A stretch of 56,747 nucleotides of DNA, counting the filler, from Sphacelaria rigidula (taxonomy: Eukaryota), in assembly GCA_964200075.2 (NCBI GenBank). It is 7 parts of 7 records of this genome, joined end to end, with 100 filler letters (N's around TTAATTAATTAA, not from the genome) between each part and the next. Parts side by side here need not be neighbours in the genome. Positions count along the whole stretch, not along the records: positions 32,487 to 40,507 come from CAXNAA020012608.1; positions 40,608 to 48,627 come from CAXNAA020012609.1; positions 48,728 to 56,747 come from CAXNAA020012610.1; 4 more parts are not named here. One strand, 5' to 3'. Shown here one piece after another: positions 36,869-49,559 of the stretch. Position 1 is the first letter of the stretch. Each line of letters starts with the position of its first letter. The translations under genes were made by a program, and so were the position numbers. The notes below the pieces were generated by a model. The model saw only the letters and a program-made list of their open reading frames with translations. It had not been told where the DNA came from and ran no database searches.

Positions 36869-38257
36869 CTTCAAAGACAACAGTTGTGCGATAGATGGGG
36901 GCGTCGAGCGCACGCGTGCGAGGGGTGGGGGGTTGGAGCGGGGCGTGATGAGGGTCGTGACATGCGCGGTGGCGTCAAGTACATCATATATACATGTGGA
37001 GGCAACAGGTTGACCAGAGTCTACCACAGCTTCATGCACACATAACTACTCGACACTCAGCTGCCGTGTCCTTATTCGATTTGTGCGTTCTGCATCAAGA
37101 AACGCAACGAAAAGACACAGACTTGGGGAAACGGGCGTGCTTGCAGCTGGACTGATCGGCTCTTGCCGTGAAAGCTGAAAAGGTTTAACGTGAATATTAT
37201 TCAAAATCAGAATGAGGGTGTCTCCGACGTGTTCGCGACGTGCAAAGCAAGCCTGTCCGCAACACCTGCTAGAGTTGGTTCGTATGTAGGGGTGCATATG
37301 TGCGCTCTTCAGGTATCTGGGGGATGTGCGAAATATGCACGTGAGTGCGCGTACAGCACGCGGGCACGCCCGAAACTATCCGCCCGGAGGGTCACTCCTA
37401 CACCCAAGTTGTACCCCATGCCAAGTATGACGTTTTCTGTTTGCACACTGAATGGCTCGAGGACCTCCTTCAGTGATTTTCCTATTCAATAATGTGAAGG
37501 CCTTCTCTTTGATTAGGAGCCTCGCTCTTTCGTCATATTCCATTCAAAGTGGTCATGCTATACGGTGTGAATTGTGCTGAGTTTAGAGGGGCACACGTCC
37601 TCGGAAGAGAGGTGTCTACATCCAAGGCGGTACAGGCGGCAAACGTGGCTGACGAATTGAGACGGCGAAGGACGCATGTCACTGCGTAGCTCGGAAGCGA
37701 ATACTATACAAGATGTTTTCGATCACCCGAAATCACGAGACAAAATTGGCACTGTGTGCATGTATCAGGCCGTATGGTACTGACTGTGCGACGAGAACCA
37801 CGCCTCGGCAGCGCCGCAGTACCCGCGATCCATCCGCGACAATTGCACACGTGAAAACTCTGCAAATATACACCAGGGAAATGTTGCTCAATACTCAAAA
37901 TCTTCACGTAGGAGGCACGAACACTCCGTTTGCAAGTTGATCCTGGTTGAAGACAGCAATAACCACCCCCGTGATGATGATTCTCTTGTGATGTCTTCTG
38001 GTGCTACCTGTAAGGGATTGTGGCCCCCTTCCCCAAGGGGTTTACAATGGTCCTAGCCAAGACATGTAGCTTAGACTGACTCGGCTTCACCGCGACGTCT
38101 GGTGCGAGACGGCAGACCGACATTGAGGGCAGCAAGCTCACATGTATGAAGAAGCCTCCACCGTGCTCGTCACCCTATACTGTAAGGATCGACCGATGGC
38201 CGGGCGGAGTTGAACGGCTATGCTGGCAAGATTTCACATGTCGTACAGATCAGCTTC

Positions 38258-40476
38258 CTGTAGCTCGAGCTAGCTTTTTTTTAGCGTAGCTCCATAGTGA
38301 GCTACGAGAGCTACATGAGCTACGCATCTCTTTCCCAGGTGGGCTAAAAGAACAACATGAGCTACGCATGTTTGGCGTAGGTGAGCTACCAACCCATAGC
38401 TCATCAGCCCATATTCGCCCTGGGTAAGCTACCAACTCGTAGCTCATCAGCTCATATTCGCCGCGGGTAAGCTATGAGAGCTACATGAGCTACGAATGTT
38501 TTTCCCTAGGTGAACCACCAACCCGTAGCTCATCAGCTCATATTCGCCGCGGGTGAGCTGCGAGAGCTGCATGAGCTGCGCACCTTTGTCCTGGATGGGA
38601 TATGAGAGCTACATGAGCTACGCATGTTTACCCTCGATGAGCTATGAGAGCTGCGTGAGCTAAGCATAATTGCCCTGCGTAAGCTGTGAGACAGACCTAC
38701 ATCAGCTACGCGAGTTTGCCTGGTTAAGCTAAATAGATACGGGAGCTACGCCGATTTTGGATTTGTTTACGTTCTGATGCTCATGCACGTTGATACGTGG
38801 AAACCGTTACATGTCTACACATCTGTGTTCCGTTTTGTGCAGTGATGGATTTGCTGATTGTAAACATCAACAACGACTGCATCAGAAGCCATCCCCATCG
38901 TAGCCACCACACGCACACACAAGTCGCCCTACATGACGACCGCCGGGGGCAGCAGCTCTAGCGGCGCTTCAGTCGGATATGATGCCGTCGATTTGGATCC
39001 TCCGCAACAGGCGATCGATGTGGAGGGAGAAGTGAACAAGCAAAAAACATTTGATTGCCTATCTCTTTGACCGCGAGGGTAGGCGATAAGTTGAATCGGC
39101 ATCATTTACACCCAAAAAATATGAATTTTGCTGATTTTACAGATGACCTACCCTCGCGGTCGAAGAGTCAACCCTTTTGGCGGCGAGCATAGGTCATCTG
39201 TTGAATCGGTTCCAATCTCACTTGAAAAAAGTATGCACTAGATGGACTCGTACCCTTGCGACCAAGCGGTCAAAGGAGGTGACCTGAGGAAATGTACGTA
39301 ACAATGGTTGGTACTGTGGAGATGCGGCCAATTCTAACGCTAACCCTAACCCTAACCCCGACCAAGGCATACTGAGAATCCTCGGGCAAGGGGACGCAGA
39401 GTGTTTCGTAGGCAAAGGGTGCGTTGCCTGAGCTCAAATCGACGCCTTTCAGCCGATTTTGGACCAAAACACGTCCTGGACGAGCTGGCTCTACTGCTGA
39501 CCACTGTTCACCTGCCCCAGACCATGAATTTTCTCAGAGCCTTGTTCACTCTGAAATCAAGTAAAATCGAGTACCAACCCTTGTTTAGGTACATTTCCTT
39601 AGGTCTACTGCAAATGAGTCACGTGTGCGGCCAGTAGAGTCGATCATTCCGATAAATACCTATCCGACAACCCGCCTACTCATTACTCAATGATGATGAG
39701 AAGCGCTCTGAACTGAAATTGATATCGAAGGGGTTGAGATGTATCAAGTATGTACTGCCATGGGCGGGAACAGGTGAGCTGGGGCAGGTAGGTTCTTTCA
39801 CCTGCACGTTTTTTGTTTTTTGATGGCCATCATTCGCTCATACTCTTTGTAGCCCGTGATGTACCGCCACTCATCTAATTGATTACCATCGTTCGCCCAT
39901 GTATTCAGCAGAGTCTGTCATGTGACGTCACGAAGTCGCCGACGGTCACGGTTACTTTTACTCAAGTGACACTCTATACTCAAGTATTACTGGGACTATT
40001 TACTCAATAGTTGAGTAGAGTATTGGAGGTCGTACTCGATCTACTCAAATTTTTATTAGAGTTTTCGAGGCCGTACTCAACCTACTCAAAATTTGAGTAG
40101 AATTTTTGAGGCCGTACTCGACCTACTCAAAATTAGAGAAAATACTCAGGTATTCTACTCGAGTAGTCGAAAGTACATACATACTCTACTCGACCTGCCC
40201 TTGGAATCTCCATCACGTTTTGAACCATTCGGCCATGTGAACGAGAATTCGTGTTGAGCTCTTTTCTTCCCACCGCGAAAAGCGAGGCAGAAAACCACAA
40301 CCTAATGATACGTTATGCCGTTCATTCGAACAAGAATGGAACATCATGAGCGACACCGGGTTAGCTAGGCACATGACATGAGTGAGCTATGAGCATTTGT
40401 TCCCGGGGTCAGCTACCGGGCGTAGCCCATCCGCTCATGTTTTCTGGGTGAGCCATAAGAGCTGCGTGAGCTACAG
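38258..40476. mobile_element. Probable non-autonomous DNA transposon with GAGCTAC subterminal repeats and nested insertions
   Basis: Dense GAGCTACATGAGCTACG repeats at 38260-38750 and 40370-40476, with CTGTAGCTC / GAGCTACAG inverted ends. Internal inverted repeats at 39063-39168 and 39281-39606, and a TACTCRA array at 39955-40195. Confidence 0.5.
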
Positions 40477-41249
40477 TAGTCAGCGTCAGAAGTATGCAGA
40501 ATCCGTANNNNNNNNNNNNNNNNNNNNNNNNNNNNNNNNNNNNNNNNNNNNTTAATTAATTAANNNNNNNNNNNNNNNNNNNNNNNNNNNNNNNNNNNNN
40601 NNNNNNNTCATTTTTCCTCAAAACCCCCCTAAAACCCCGAAAAAAGATGAAAACCCCCGGAAAACCCCCCGAAAAAGCTGTGTTTTTTGTTTCATTATGC
40701 ACTAGCGGTTCTCCATACCAAATTTCATAGCACAACTCTCAAAAACTGAGACCCGATATCCAGATTTAGGTCATCTAGTGCCTCTGCTCGTAATATACTG
40801 ATTTTAGTATAGAACCCTATGTGCGGCATTTCTCGGGATAAATAATGAATCAAGTGAAGCTGAGGGTATCTATCGTCTCCCCGTGCTCCAGGGAAGGTCC
40901 ACACCTAAAATCGTCATCATCCGCTTGATCGATCGTTCGGGGTTTCATGTAGATTTTAGTGTGGACGCTATCTCCGCTAGGTATAGGAATGACTACACAT
41001 GGGGTTTATTCGACGAGAAAAAGTTGGCCCAGATTTTTGAGCAGATGGGCACCTTTCCCTTGATTAGACGATTAGTATGATATGCGGATCACGGCCCAAC
41101 TCGTCTGTGTCGTTGAGATATCGCTTTGAGAGCTTAAATATGTTTTTAGGCTGGCCCAGCTCGTGTTGTGTCCATTGTCTAGAGTGTGTAAAATTACAGT
41201 CCCTGGGCAATGTCAGTAGTGAAAGGTAGTTCGGCAGAGAATTCCTCAC

Positions 41250-41382
41250 CGTTCCACTTCCCGAGGCCGAAGCCCCGTTTCTTCTTCCCCAGCAAAATTT
41301 GCTGCACTCCTCCCTCCACAAGCCTTCGACAAAATACCAGTGTAAGGTCCTTAATCTTCTTCTCGGTACTTGCGGCCATCAT
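41250..41382 (-). CDS. NUDT1: 8-oxo-dGTPase NUDT1/MTH1, first coding exon
   Basis: ATG at 41382 or 41379. Encodes LTLVFCRR...QILLGKKKRGFGLGKWNG, matching MTH1 TLVxx...VLLGMKKRGFGAGRWNG. GTGAGG donor in phase 1. Downstream exons not found and may lie in the gap. Confidence 0.85.
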
Positions 41383-42259
41383 CACGTTGCTCACGTTGCC
41401 GCCAGAAATTTTTGTGTCAGTGGTGGCGCCCCGACCAACAGGATGAGCGCCTGCGGCAATGCGAAAACATGAAGGTCAAATCGTGCCGAGCTACATAAGA
41501 TAATTATCTGCTGTGATTCGGCGAAGCGGCAAGTTAAGATATTTCGCTCTCGAAAATCAGACGGGGGAGCCATTGTCCGTCCTTCAGGGTCTTCGGGTAA
41601 GAGGGGGGTGTTATTCACCGTCACGTATGATGTGAAACATGTGTGAGGCATGATCAACGTCACAGTATCGCACCTGTGTAATGCTGAGCAGATACCCTTG
41701 CTAAAAACGCACACTGGTGCTGGTGAGCAGCAGCTGCCGGCGTAAGACAGGAAAATAGCCTAAAGATGCTCGTCGTCTGGAACAATATCAACTGCAACGC
41801 CTTGAGCAGCAACAACAGCGACGAGTTGCCACCGCGTTGTGTAACTAGCATCAACCAAACGTCGCCCTTCCCTTCTCTTCTATAGTAATTACGTCTACTA
41901 CTAATGTTCAACCGGTCCTCGAAGCATGAGGGTAGGATTATCGGCAGAAGCAGGCGTCACCACAAGCTAAGAGACCACACCGAGCGCTTTAAACACCACC
42001 GCCCTTATGCTTGAAATTCGGAATTATTTTGACGTTCCACACTAGACTGTTGTACACTGCTACAGAAATCAGTCCCAAGCTCGTCCGCCTACCGTACTGT
42101 CTGAGCATCTCGGATGAAGGTTGAATCCATGTTTTTGGCTCACGTGTTATGGAGTGCATGCGACGAGCCCATGATGATGGTGCTACTGTGATGTTCGATC
42201 TGCGATCGGCTTGTATTGTCCGCATGATGATGAGGTGAGAGCAGATGCACCGAAAGTAT

Positions 42260-44400
42260 GAATGTCCCTGCTGTTGGTGCAGAGCAACGGTGTCGAGTAC
42301 GACGGAGGTGCGCAGGCACAAAATAACGTCTGTACTTTCGGGAAAGGTTGTAACAAGCTTGTCGCGAGCGGATATCTTGTAATGTCCAGCAATTTTCCAG
42401 CTCGTCACCGTCGAAATCATGCGATCCAGCTCCCCTCGGGCGCTGGGTGGCTTCACCTTCGTCAGCAAGTTCGTCGACCAAGCGACCAAATTGAGTGAAA
42501 GTTACCTGATCAAGGTGAAGCAGGACGCCGTCGATACTCTTCGGTTATTCGGCCAAGAACTCGTGATCCCGACCGGATTATGCCTGGAGTGTTCCAAGAC
42601 GGACAAAGATGAGTAGTGCAAAGGTTTCAAATCCTGCAAATACTCCTTGACATCGCACCATGTAAGAGTTTGCCTCGACCGAAAATTCCCAGCAGATGGG
42701 AGCAAACGATCGGGCCGAGAGGAAGCTGGCCGGCGTTGGGCGTTGATTCCTCGCTGAATACGGCCTACCACGTTATCTTTTGGGGGGAATTGATGCAGAC
42801 AGCTTCTTACCTGGGCAACCGGGTTCCGCCCGTGGCCCAGGACAATGTGACGCCCTTAAAAGCCCCCTACGGCGAGGAGACGAATCTTGCACAACATCGA
42901 GCCACCGGGCCGGAGCGTTTATGTATGTGGAAACGCATACGAGGAAGCAGAAACCTCGCGCCTGGGAGGGACGACTTGTCGGATACAGCATGGGTAGCAA
43001 TTCGTTTTGCACCTACAACCCGGAGGAGCAGAATATGCGCGAGAGCAGGAATGTGATCTTCATAGCGACGACGTCCGTCATGCCTAAACCGGTCTTAGTG
43101 GGTGGGTATGACGAGGGAAAGTTCATACACGTTTGACATGACCTCGTGCGACATGTGCGGGACTACACTTCACGCCTCAATCTTAGTTTGACTCCCGACC
43201 ACCACATGACTAATGACGTGTCAGTACCTGTCGATCAGATTGGCGATACTACCGCTTGTGACCTCTGAGTTAATCCTGCGTGTGCCCAGCAGAAATTTCG
43301 CCGGTTGAAACCTCATCGAATATTCTGCGCCCTCGTGCGGGGGAGCGATCTCTTCTGAGTTAGGCGGAGGCCCTGCTACGGGTGGCCGTGGTTCCAAGTC
43401 TATTCCCAACGGTATTATTGGCTTGTCTGCGGGTGCGCAACTGTTCCCGAAGTCCGCCGGCTAGCATACTTAACGAGGGGGATTATCCGGATGGTGCGCA
43501 CAGAGGCGCACTCATCAACTGTTGGAGTACGCCTACGCTGCCGATCAGCACCCAGCTGCGGATTTCTTAGAAAGGGAGGAAAGTCAGGATCATCCCAAAC
43601 ACCATAAAAGGCCATGGAGTTGCCGAAAGCAAAACTGTGGAAGCTGCGACTGACAAAGAAATGAAAAGCCCTGAAGAAACTCCATTTTCCACACTCGTGC
43701 CGTGCCCAGAATTTCATCTTGGGCAGAGAGTGATTGGATCAAGGTGGGTCTTCAAGGTCAAGCCCGACAACACTCACAAGGCGCGCTTTTTAGCCCAGGG
43801 CTGAAAACAAGTCCTAGGTAGGGACTACGGGAGCACCTTCGCCCCCGTTTGTGAACTTCCGAGCATTCGGATGGTGCTCGCCGTCGCGGCAAAAACGGAC
43901 TGGGAGGTCATCCACCTAGGTGTGGCGACTGCTTTCCTCTACGCGGGTATCGAGGAGAACATGTTCGTTGAGATAGCACTTAACTTGGAGACCGCGAACA
44001 AGGAGGGAAATCAGCAAGAAGTGATGAAGCTGAGGGGACCCTTTGCAGGCTAGCTCAAAGACCCCGAAACTAGTAGAAAACCGCCGACCCGACTTTGGCA
44101 ATAATCAGATTTGTCTCGCTCAAGTCTAACGCCTACATCTACGTCTAAAATCACAACGGCAAGTCGTCATCCTCAAAATTTATGTGGACGATCTTCTCGT
44201 CGTCAGAGAAAACACTCAGGTGACCGAGACCATCAAAAGGGACTTAATGGGTGCAATCAAGATGATGAACATGGGGAACATATATTTTGTTTTGTTCTGG
44301 GCATGCAGGTTAAGCGTGACCTAAGGAAAAAGGGCACGCTGACAATTGGGGCGATTCGACATGAGAAGCCGGAAGACCTCCAATACTTAGATGGGTGAAT
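42260..44400 (+). mobile_element. Decayed Ty1/Copia pol (integrase then reverse transcriptase)
   Basis: Integrase GGFTFVSKFVDQATK and WGELMQTASYLGNR, then AWEGRLVGYS...ESRNVIF. RT IGSRWVFKVK, DYGSTFAPV, VATAFLYA, YVDDLL. Many stops and frameshifts. IN precedes RT, which is the Copia order. Confidence 0.9.
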
Positions 44401-44544
44401 TGCATGTTAGCATGATGGATGCACAAACGCTGTGAAACGCGACTTCGGGCAACGAGGGATAAACACAGCATGCGGCGTGACTTCAAGCGAACACACAATT
44501 GACCCAAGCACTAGTCTGGTTTATTTCAATAACTACACAATTAT

Positions 44545-45440
44545 CTCAAATAGTCATGCTGGTTAGATCTCACCGGTGATCAGCAAACAGGAAAATGGAA
44601 TCGAAGTGCGGCGTCCAGCAAACAGACCAATCGATCCAAGCGAACAACACGATTCTTTCAGCACAGGTATACTTTTTGTTTTTTCATTGATGGTGTTGGG
44701 AATCGAGCGAGCTTGACGAGTTTGCTTCGGCCCCTTCGGGATTGACGTTACACACCAGGGCACTCGGCTTGATTCATCTAAAAAGGAGTTGAATCAAACT
44801 GAGTGTAAGGAGGCATGTTTGTATCCGCCGTAAGCGGTGCAAACATCCTCCACCCCTGATCGGGCTACTCATCGGTAGCCATCGAACAGCCCTCCGGGTT
44901 CGCTAGTCGAATATCTAGCCCATCCTCGTACTGATGACCACTACGCCGCGATCCACAACACCCCCTCAGGCCTATGTCAGAAAACCCCTCGGACCAAACG
45001 TGGTTCGACGTAGGATCACCGCGTCACCATGCTCTTTTTTCCTTGAGCAATCGAGGTCATCGTCATCTTGAGTAGCCGCCGATCTTGATAGCCACTTTGC
45101 TGGGTGTGACCGCGTGAGGAATTCAAACACCGTGCAGAAACGATTCTAGGGCTCCGTCAGGATCATACAACTCGGTCAAGTCGTTATCTTCTTCACATCT
45201 TACATCCTTCCACTGCATCTTGACCGCAAGGATGGTCAGCCAGACCATGACGTAGCATCCTTTCATCCACTGGCATACATTGTCGACTACTTCCGAAGTG
45301 AACTTCTTCCCAGCGTCATTCCGTGCTGGTTGCACCCAGCCCAGGATGGACTGTGCCCACGAAGACCCAGCAGAGGAACGGCCAGTTGCGGAAGCAGTTG
45401 GCCGGGAACAGTAGGTAAGTTCACCTGCGGTGCTCATACC
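44545..45440 (-). mobile_element. Possible Ty3/Gypsy integrase remnant
   Basis: RNDAGKKFTSEVVDNVCQWM resembles the integrase core SDxGxEFT. Heavily degraded. Confidence 0.4.
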
Positions 45441-45914
45441 CCGAAAGGGTGTGTGCTTGAAGCGAGAAGCATTCCGAACTGGATTTGATATACCGGTTGA
45501 GTAGCCTGCTGCTGCAGGCCCACGGTAGACGGCACAGAAACTGCTGTTGTTGAGGAGGTACGGAAGATTGCACGTAGTTGTCCAATATTAAAATCAGGAG
45601 ATTGCTGTCCCGCCGGGTGAAATGGCCGAGCCTGAGGGTTTAGAAGGTATCCACTCATATTCGCCGATTTCTAAAAAATCCACCATATGATCCGTGGAAA
45701 CGTCAAAGGGTTGCACGCGCAAGTCAACGATGATAGGCGAACGAACCGCATCAAGGCAACGACATCGATCGAAAGAAACGACGGGTCGCACAGTATATCT
45801 TCATGACAACGGCAGTAGGGCAAAAATCAGTTGTTTATCGAACAAGTATCCAGAGGAAGCAAAGTGGGGGAGAAAGAAGGAGCAAGCACATGAATCGCAC
45901 CATGTAATCGGGAA

Positions 45915-46099
45915 AATAATAGCGGACACATGTGGGCAACGAGCGAAGGGAACAGCATAGGACCGAGCAAGGCACGACCACTCATGGGGGCCAAGCGAAG
46001 GGAACAACATAAGACCGGACAGGGCACGATCACGCGTGGGGACCAAACGAAGGGAACAGTATAGGGCTGGACAAGGCGCGACCACGCGTGGGGAACGAA
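45915..46099. repeat. Tandem repeat, ~46-bp unit, 3-4 copies, abutting an LTR
   Basis: CAAGGCACGACCACKCRTGGGGNCCAARCGAAGGGAACA recurring. Confidence 0.75.
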
Positions 46100-48054
46100 T
46101 GTGTAGATCACGTATTGTACATAGATCTCATATGTAGATTTTCCGGCATTTCTCCGGCATGTAGTCAACCAGCAAAGTACCAACATGAACGGTCCGGGAA
46201 CCAGTACTGTAAGCCAGTGTTCAGTCGAGCCAGAACGACTCCGTGGCTCTATATTGTGAGCTCTATAGTTCGTGGGCACTCGCGAGAAACATGGGACGCA
46301 TGGAGACTCTCCATCGCTGGATACGCAGGGAGGAAGGAACTATACCCCCTGCTGTGACCGGATTACACCACACCGACCGTTCCGACAGCGACCACAACAC
46401 TCGACCAGCGTAGGGCGTACGAAACGCACCAACGCAACATGCAGTTCTTGTGGTTCCTCCTGGCACAGGCTACGAAAGGGTCAGCCGTAGCCATCCTCGC
46501 ACGATGCGAGCACGCCAGCAACCCCCACGGCAAGAAGGCCTGACTGGAGATGGAACGGATTTACGGAGGACGTGCGCAGGACGAGCGGCTTGTGCAACTA
46601 CTTGCATTGGAACGAAGACTGCGTGATCTCCAATGCGATTCTGCACAAGAAAAAACTGCACAAGAAAAAACAGATTTTATGTTGAAGCTGGACACCATCT
46701 GGGGAGAATTTGGAGCGCTTGGAAACGACGAAGCCAGGAGACGAAGAGAGCAGCCCTTCTACTCGGGATCAAGGAGGCGCTTCCGCAAGTATTCATCCAG
46801 CTAACAAGCCAGACAGATATGATGTACGTTGAGCTAAAACGGGCAGTCGTAGCATTATCAGCATACCTCTCGTCTGACATGGAACGGCGCGATGAGGCAA
46901 TAGCGTTTCAATCGAGAACCTACGGCAACAAAGCCGACACGGGACTCGATAGCAATCAATGCGCCTACTGTTTAAAGCAAAATCATGGGTGGCGGGAGTG
47001 TCGCTCCTACCTTAGCGGCAAACCTCCGGCGAAACGACCGCCAGGGATGAGCCTCGCACGAATGTTCCCACCTCCTTCACAAAACGACAGAAGTAATTGG
47101 AGGAGCGACAGACCGAGGGCATTCACGATCATGAACGTGGTAGTCGAAGATGAGCGAGTAGTATCCATGTGCACGACAACCAACAGTTACACAGAGGCAC
47201 TGATTCTCTGTGACTCGGGAGCGAATGTCCACATGACTCCCTGGAAACAGGATCTCAGGAACACACATACGGCTAATCGAAGTTTAATGCTGAGATAGCG
47301 TCCCCACACAAAGTGCACCGGAGCCCGGTCGACAAACCGGCTGTGATGCCACTATTGGGCTCGCTTGCAGCAATTTCGCCCACATGGGAGGCGTGGAGCA
47401 GTCCGAAATCAGCTACGACGCCCGAATGCGTCGCGTCGTGCAGCACGAAACCAACTCTAGCGGCATTTAGAATCATCGCCTCCGTGCACTTTTTGGCCGG
47501 TTCGGGGGGGGGCTATCTCGGCAGCAGTCCGAAGCTGTACATTTGGGAACGAGGGGCAGTTGCGGGCGCTGGTAATGGAAAAGATCCCATTGCACGTGAG
47601 CATTCGGGGAAAGGAGGCTCCGGAAGAGGTCACACTGAAGCACGCACTTTGGGTCCCTGGACTACCTTGCCGGCTGCTGAGTATACCTGAACGACTAGAC
47701 GTGACGGAGGAGAATTCATGGATTCCGGCGGGGAGGAGAGCTACCTCCGGTTCAGAAAGGATGGGCCGAGGATCCTCCTAGCCAAGAAAAGAGGGTTCCT
47801 GATCTTGTCGGCATCGATGCAGGGGGATGGCAAACATGCGGCGTCGGCGCGTAGCTCTCTGGTGTTACCGCTATACAATCAGGAGGGCGTGCGCAGATCG
47901 TGTATTGGATATAGATCTTATATGTAGATTCTCCGGTATGTAGTCAACCAGCCTGGTAGGAGCCAGTACGGTTCAGTACAAAGTGCCAACAGGAACGGTC
48001 GGGGAACCAGTACTGTATGCCAGTATTCAGTCGAGCCAGAACGGCTCCGTGGCT
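46100..48054 (+). mobile_element. Non-autonomous Copia-derived LTR element carrying only gag and protease
   Basis: Homologous LTRs start TG at 46100 and 47890 (ATAGATCTYATATGTAGATT...TGTAGTCAACCAGC...TTCAGTCGAGCCAGAACGRCTCCGTGGCT). Purine tract CAGGAGGG precedes the 3' LTR. Zinc knuckle CAYCLKQNHGWREC, protease LCDSGANVHMT, then LWVPGLPCRLLS. No IN/RT/RH. Confidence 0.85.
47282..47529. mobile_element. 248-bp MITE (second family) with 4-bp TSD CGAA interrupting the Copia protease
   Basis: Imperfect TIRs GTTTAATGCTGAGATAGC and reverse-complement GACTGCTGCCGAGATAGC. Removing the element plus one CGAA restores the frame TANRSCTFGNEGQLRA. Confidence 0.82.
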
Positions 48055-48379
48055 TGTGACGCTAGCAGGTTGTTAGTACTGCAGCGTCTAAATGCTGTTG
48101 AGGGACTCCCCAGCTCCACTGGCCTCAAGGTCTCAGTTGTCAGCCTTCACAACACTTATTATTCGGAGTAAACACCTGCAGCCCTCTACCATCAGGCCTG
48201 GGCTACACAGCAAGGGTCATCATCCACAGGATGCCCTTGTCCCCTGGTCATTATTCAGGATCCACTTTACACTCAACCGTGACGGCGGGATTTTGCCACA
48301 GCACCCCAAAAGCGCGTTGGACGAGAATCGAGCAACAAGCTTGAGACTCAGGAAACTAACGCCAAAACGATCGAGCAAG

Positions 48380-48627
48380 TCACAACTGAGTCCCAAACTC
48401 ACGCGTAATGCGAGCAGCAATGGAACGAGTCACTAGCACCTTACGCAACTCCTTCTTGAGAAATTCCAGAGCTGCCTCGAAAATATTTTTAAAAGGCTCC
48501 CACGTACGCTCCTCGACTTCAAAACCTACCCTGTCGACCAATACGATCAACGAACGATCCTCTGCCTCTGCCACGCAAACAATCCCAGCCATCTGAAATT
48601 GCCCCTGGTTAAAAGCGTGCTGAAACT
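48380..48627 (-). mobile_element. Chromodomain-like C-terminus of a Ty3/Gypsy (chromovirus-type) pol
   Basis: LIVLVDRVGFEVEERTWEPFKNIFE matches the chromodomain xLVxWxG.....TWEP. Lies in an LTR-element nest and is cut by the gap. Confidence 0.7.
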
Positions 48628-49559
48628 NNNNNNNNNNNNNNNNNNNNNNNNNNNNNNNNNNNNNNNNNNNNTTAATTAATTAANNNNNNNNNNNNNNNNN
48701 NNNNNNNNNNNNNNNNNNNNNNNNNNNGCGGCGGGGGGGTGTGTGTGCGAGGGGGGGGGTGGTGGGGCTGGATATTTGGGCCACTTCATACACGAAATTC
48801 CAAGTCAAATCGTCGTTGAAAGCAGCAACGCTTGCTCGAACGAGCTCATAGATTAATCACGCTCATTGATACCGATCGACACCGTTCTGAACCAAATACA
48901 AGCGCACCCCGAGTGTGGCAGGGTGTCTGACACACTTATGAGCCGCTTTTCTCATGCAGGCAAATACCCCCCCTCCCCCTTTCGTAGGATGCCTCATTCA
49001 CTGTAATACTACTTTGTAGCATGTATTCTTCACGTGACCATGATATATGTGCAACGAGTGAGTGAACGATTCAATACTATAGGCTACGTAACAGTACACC
49101 GACGCCACAAGGGCTCGTATTAAAACGACCGTGTTGATCAGATGACAGTGCAGCAACAACAGCCTCGTGCTGTTTGCTCAAACAAAATACTGCGCTTGCG
49201 CAGAATGCTAGGGGATGAAGATGATGTGTTTCAAGTATTTGTTTTTACTCTCTACACGAGGGAAATTGGGTGGACAGAGGTTAGGGAAAGTAGGGGAAGG
49301 GAAGGGCGTAAAGCACGATCCTGTCAAGACTGCCCACGATTCAATACCTCTTGTCGGCGCGTAAGCCCCGATCCGTCCACATGAAATACCATCATCGCTA
49401 CAACGTGACCAGCAACCCTCAACCGAAACACACAACGATCGACCAAGTACTGCTCGATGCCGCATTCTACCGGTGTTGACGATAACAGTACAGTTGATAC
49501 CACGCACAGGTACTCTGCTTCAATCTGTACAAGGCCTCAGCGAGTGGCATCACCTTATC

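Noticed and set aside
1610..41382. Functional cluster of two Nudix-fold genes (MRPL46, NUDT1)
   Set aside because: They have unrelated functions, lie ~34 kb apart and are separated by several gaps, so this is most likely coincidence.
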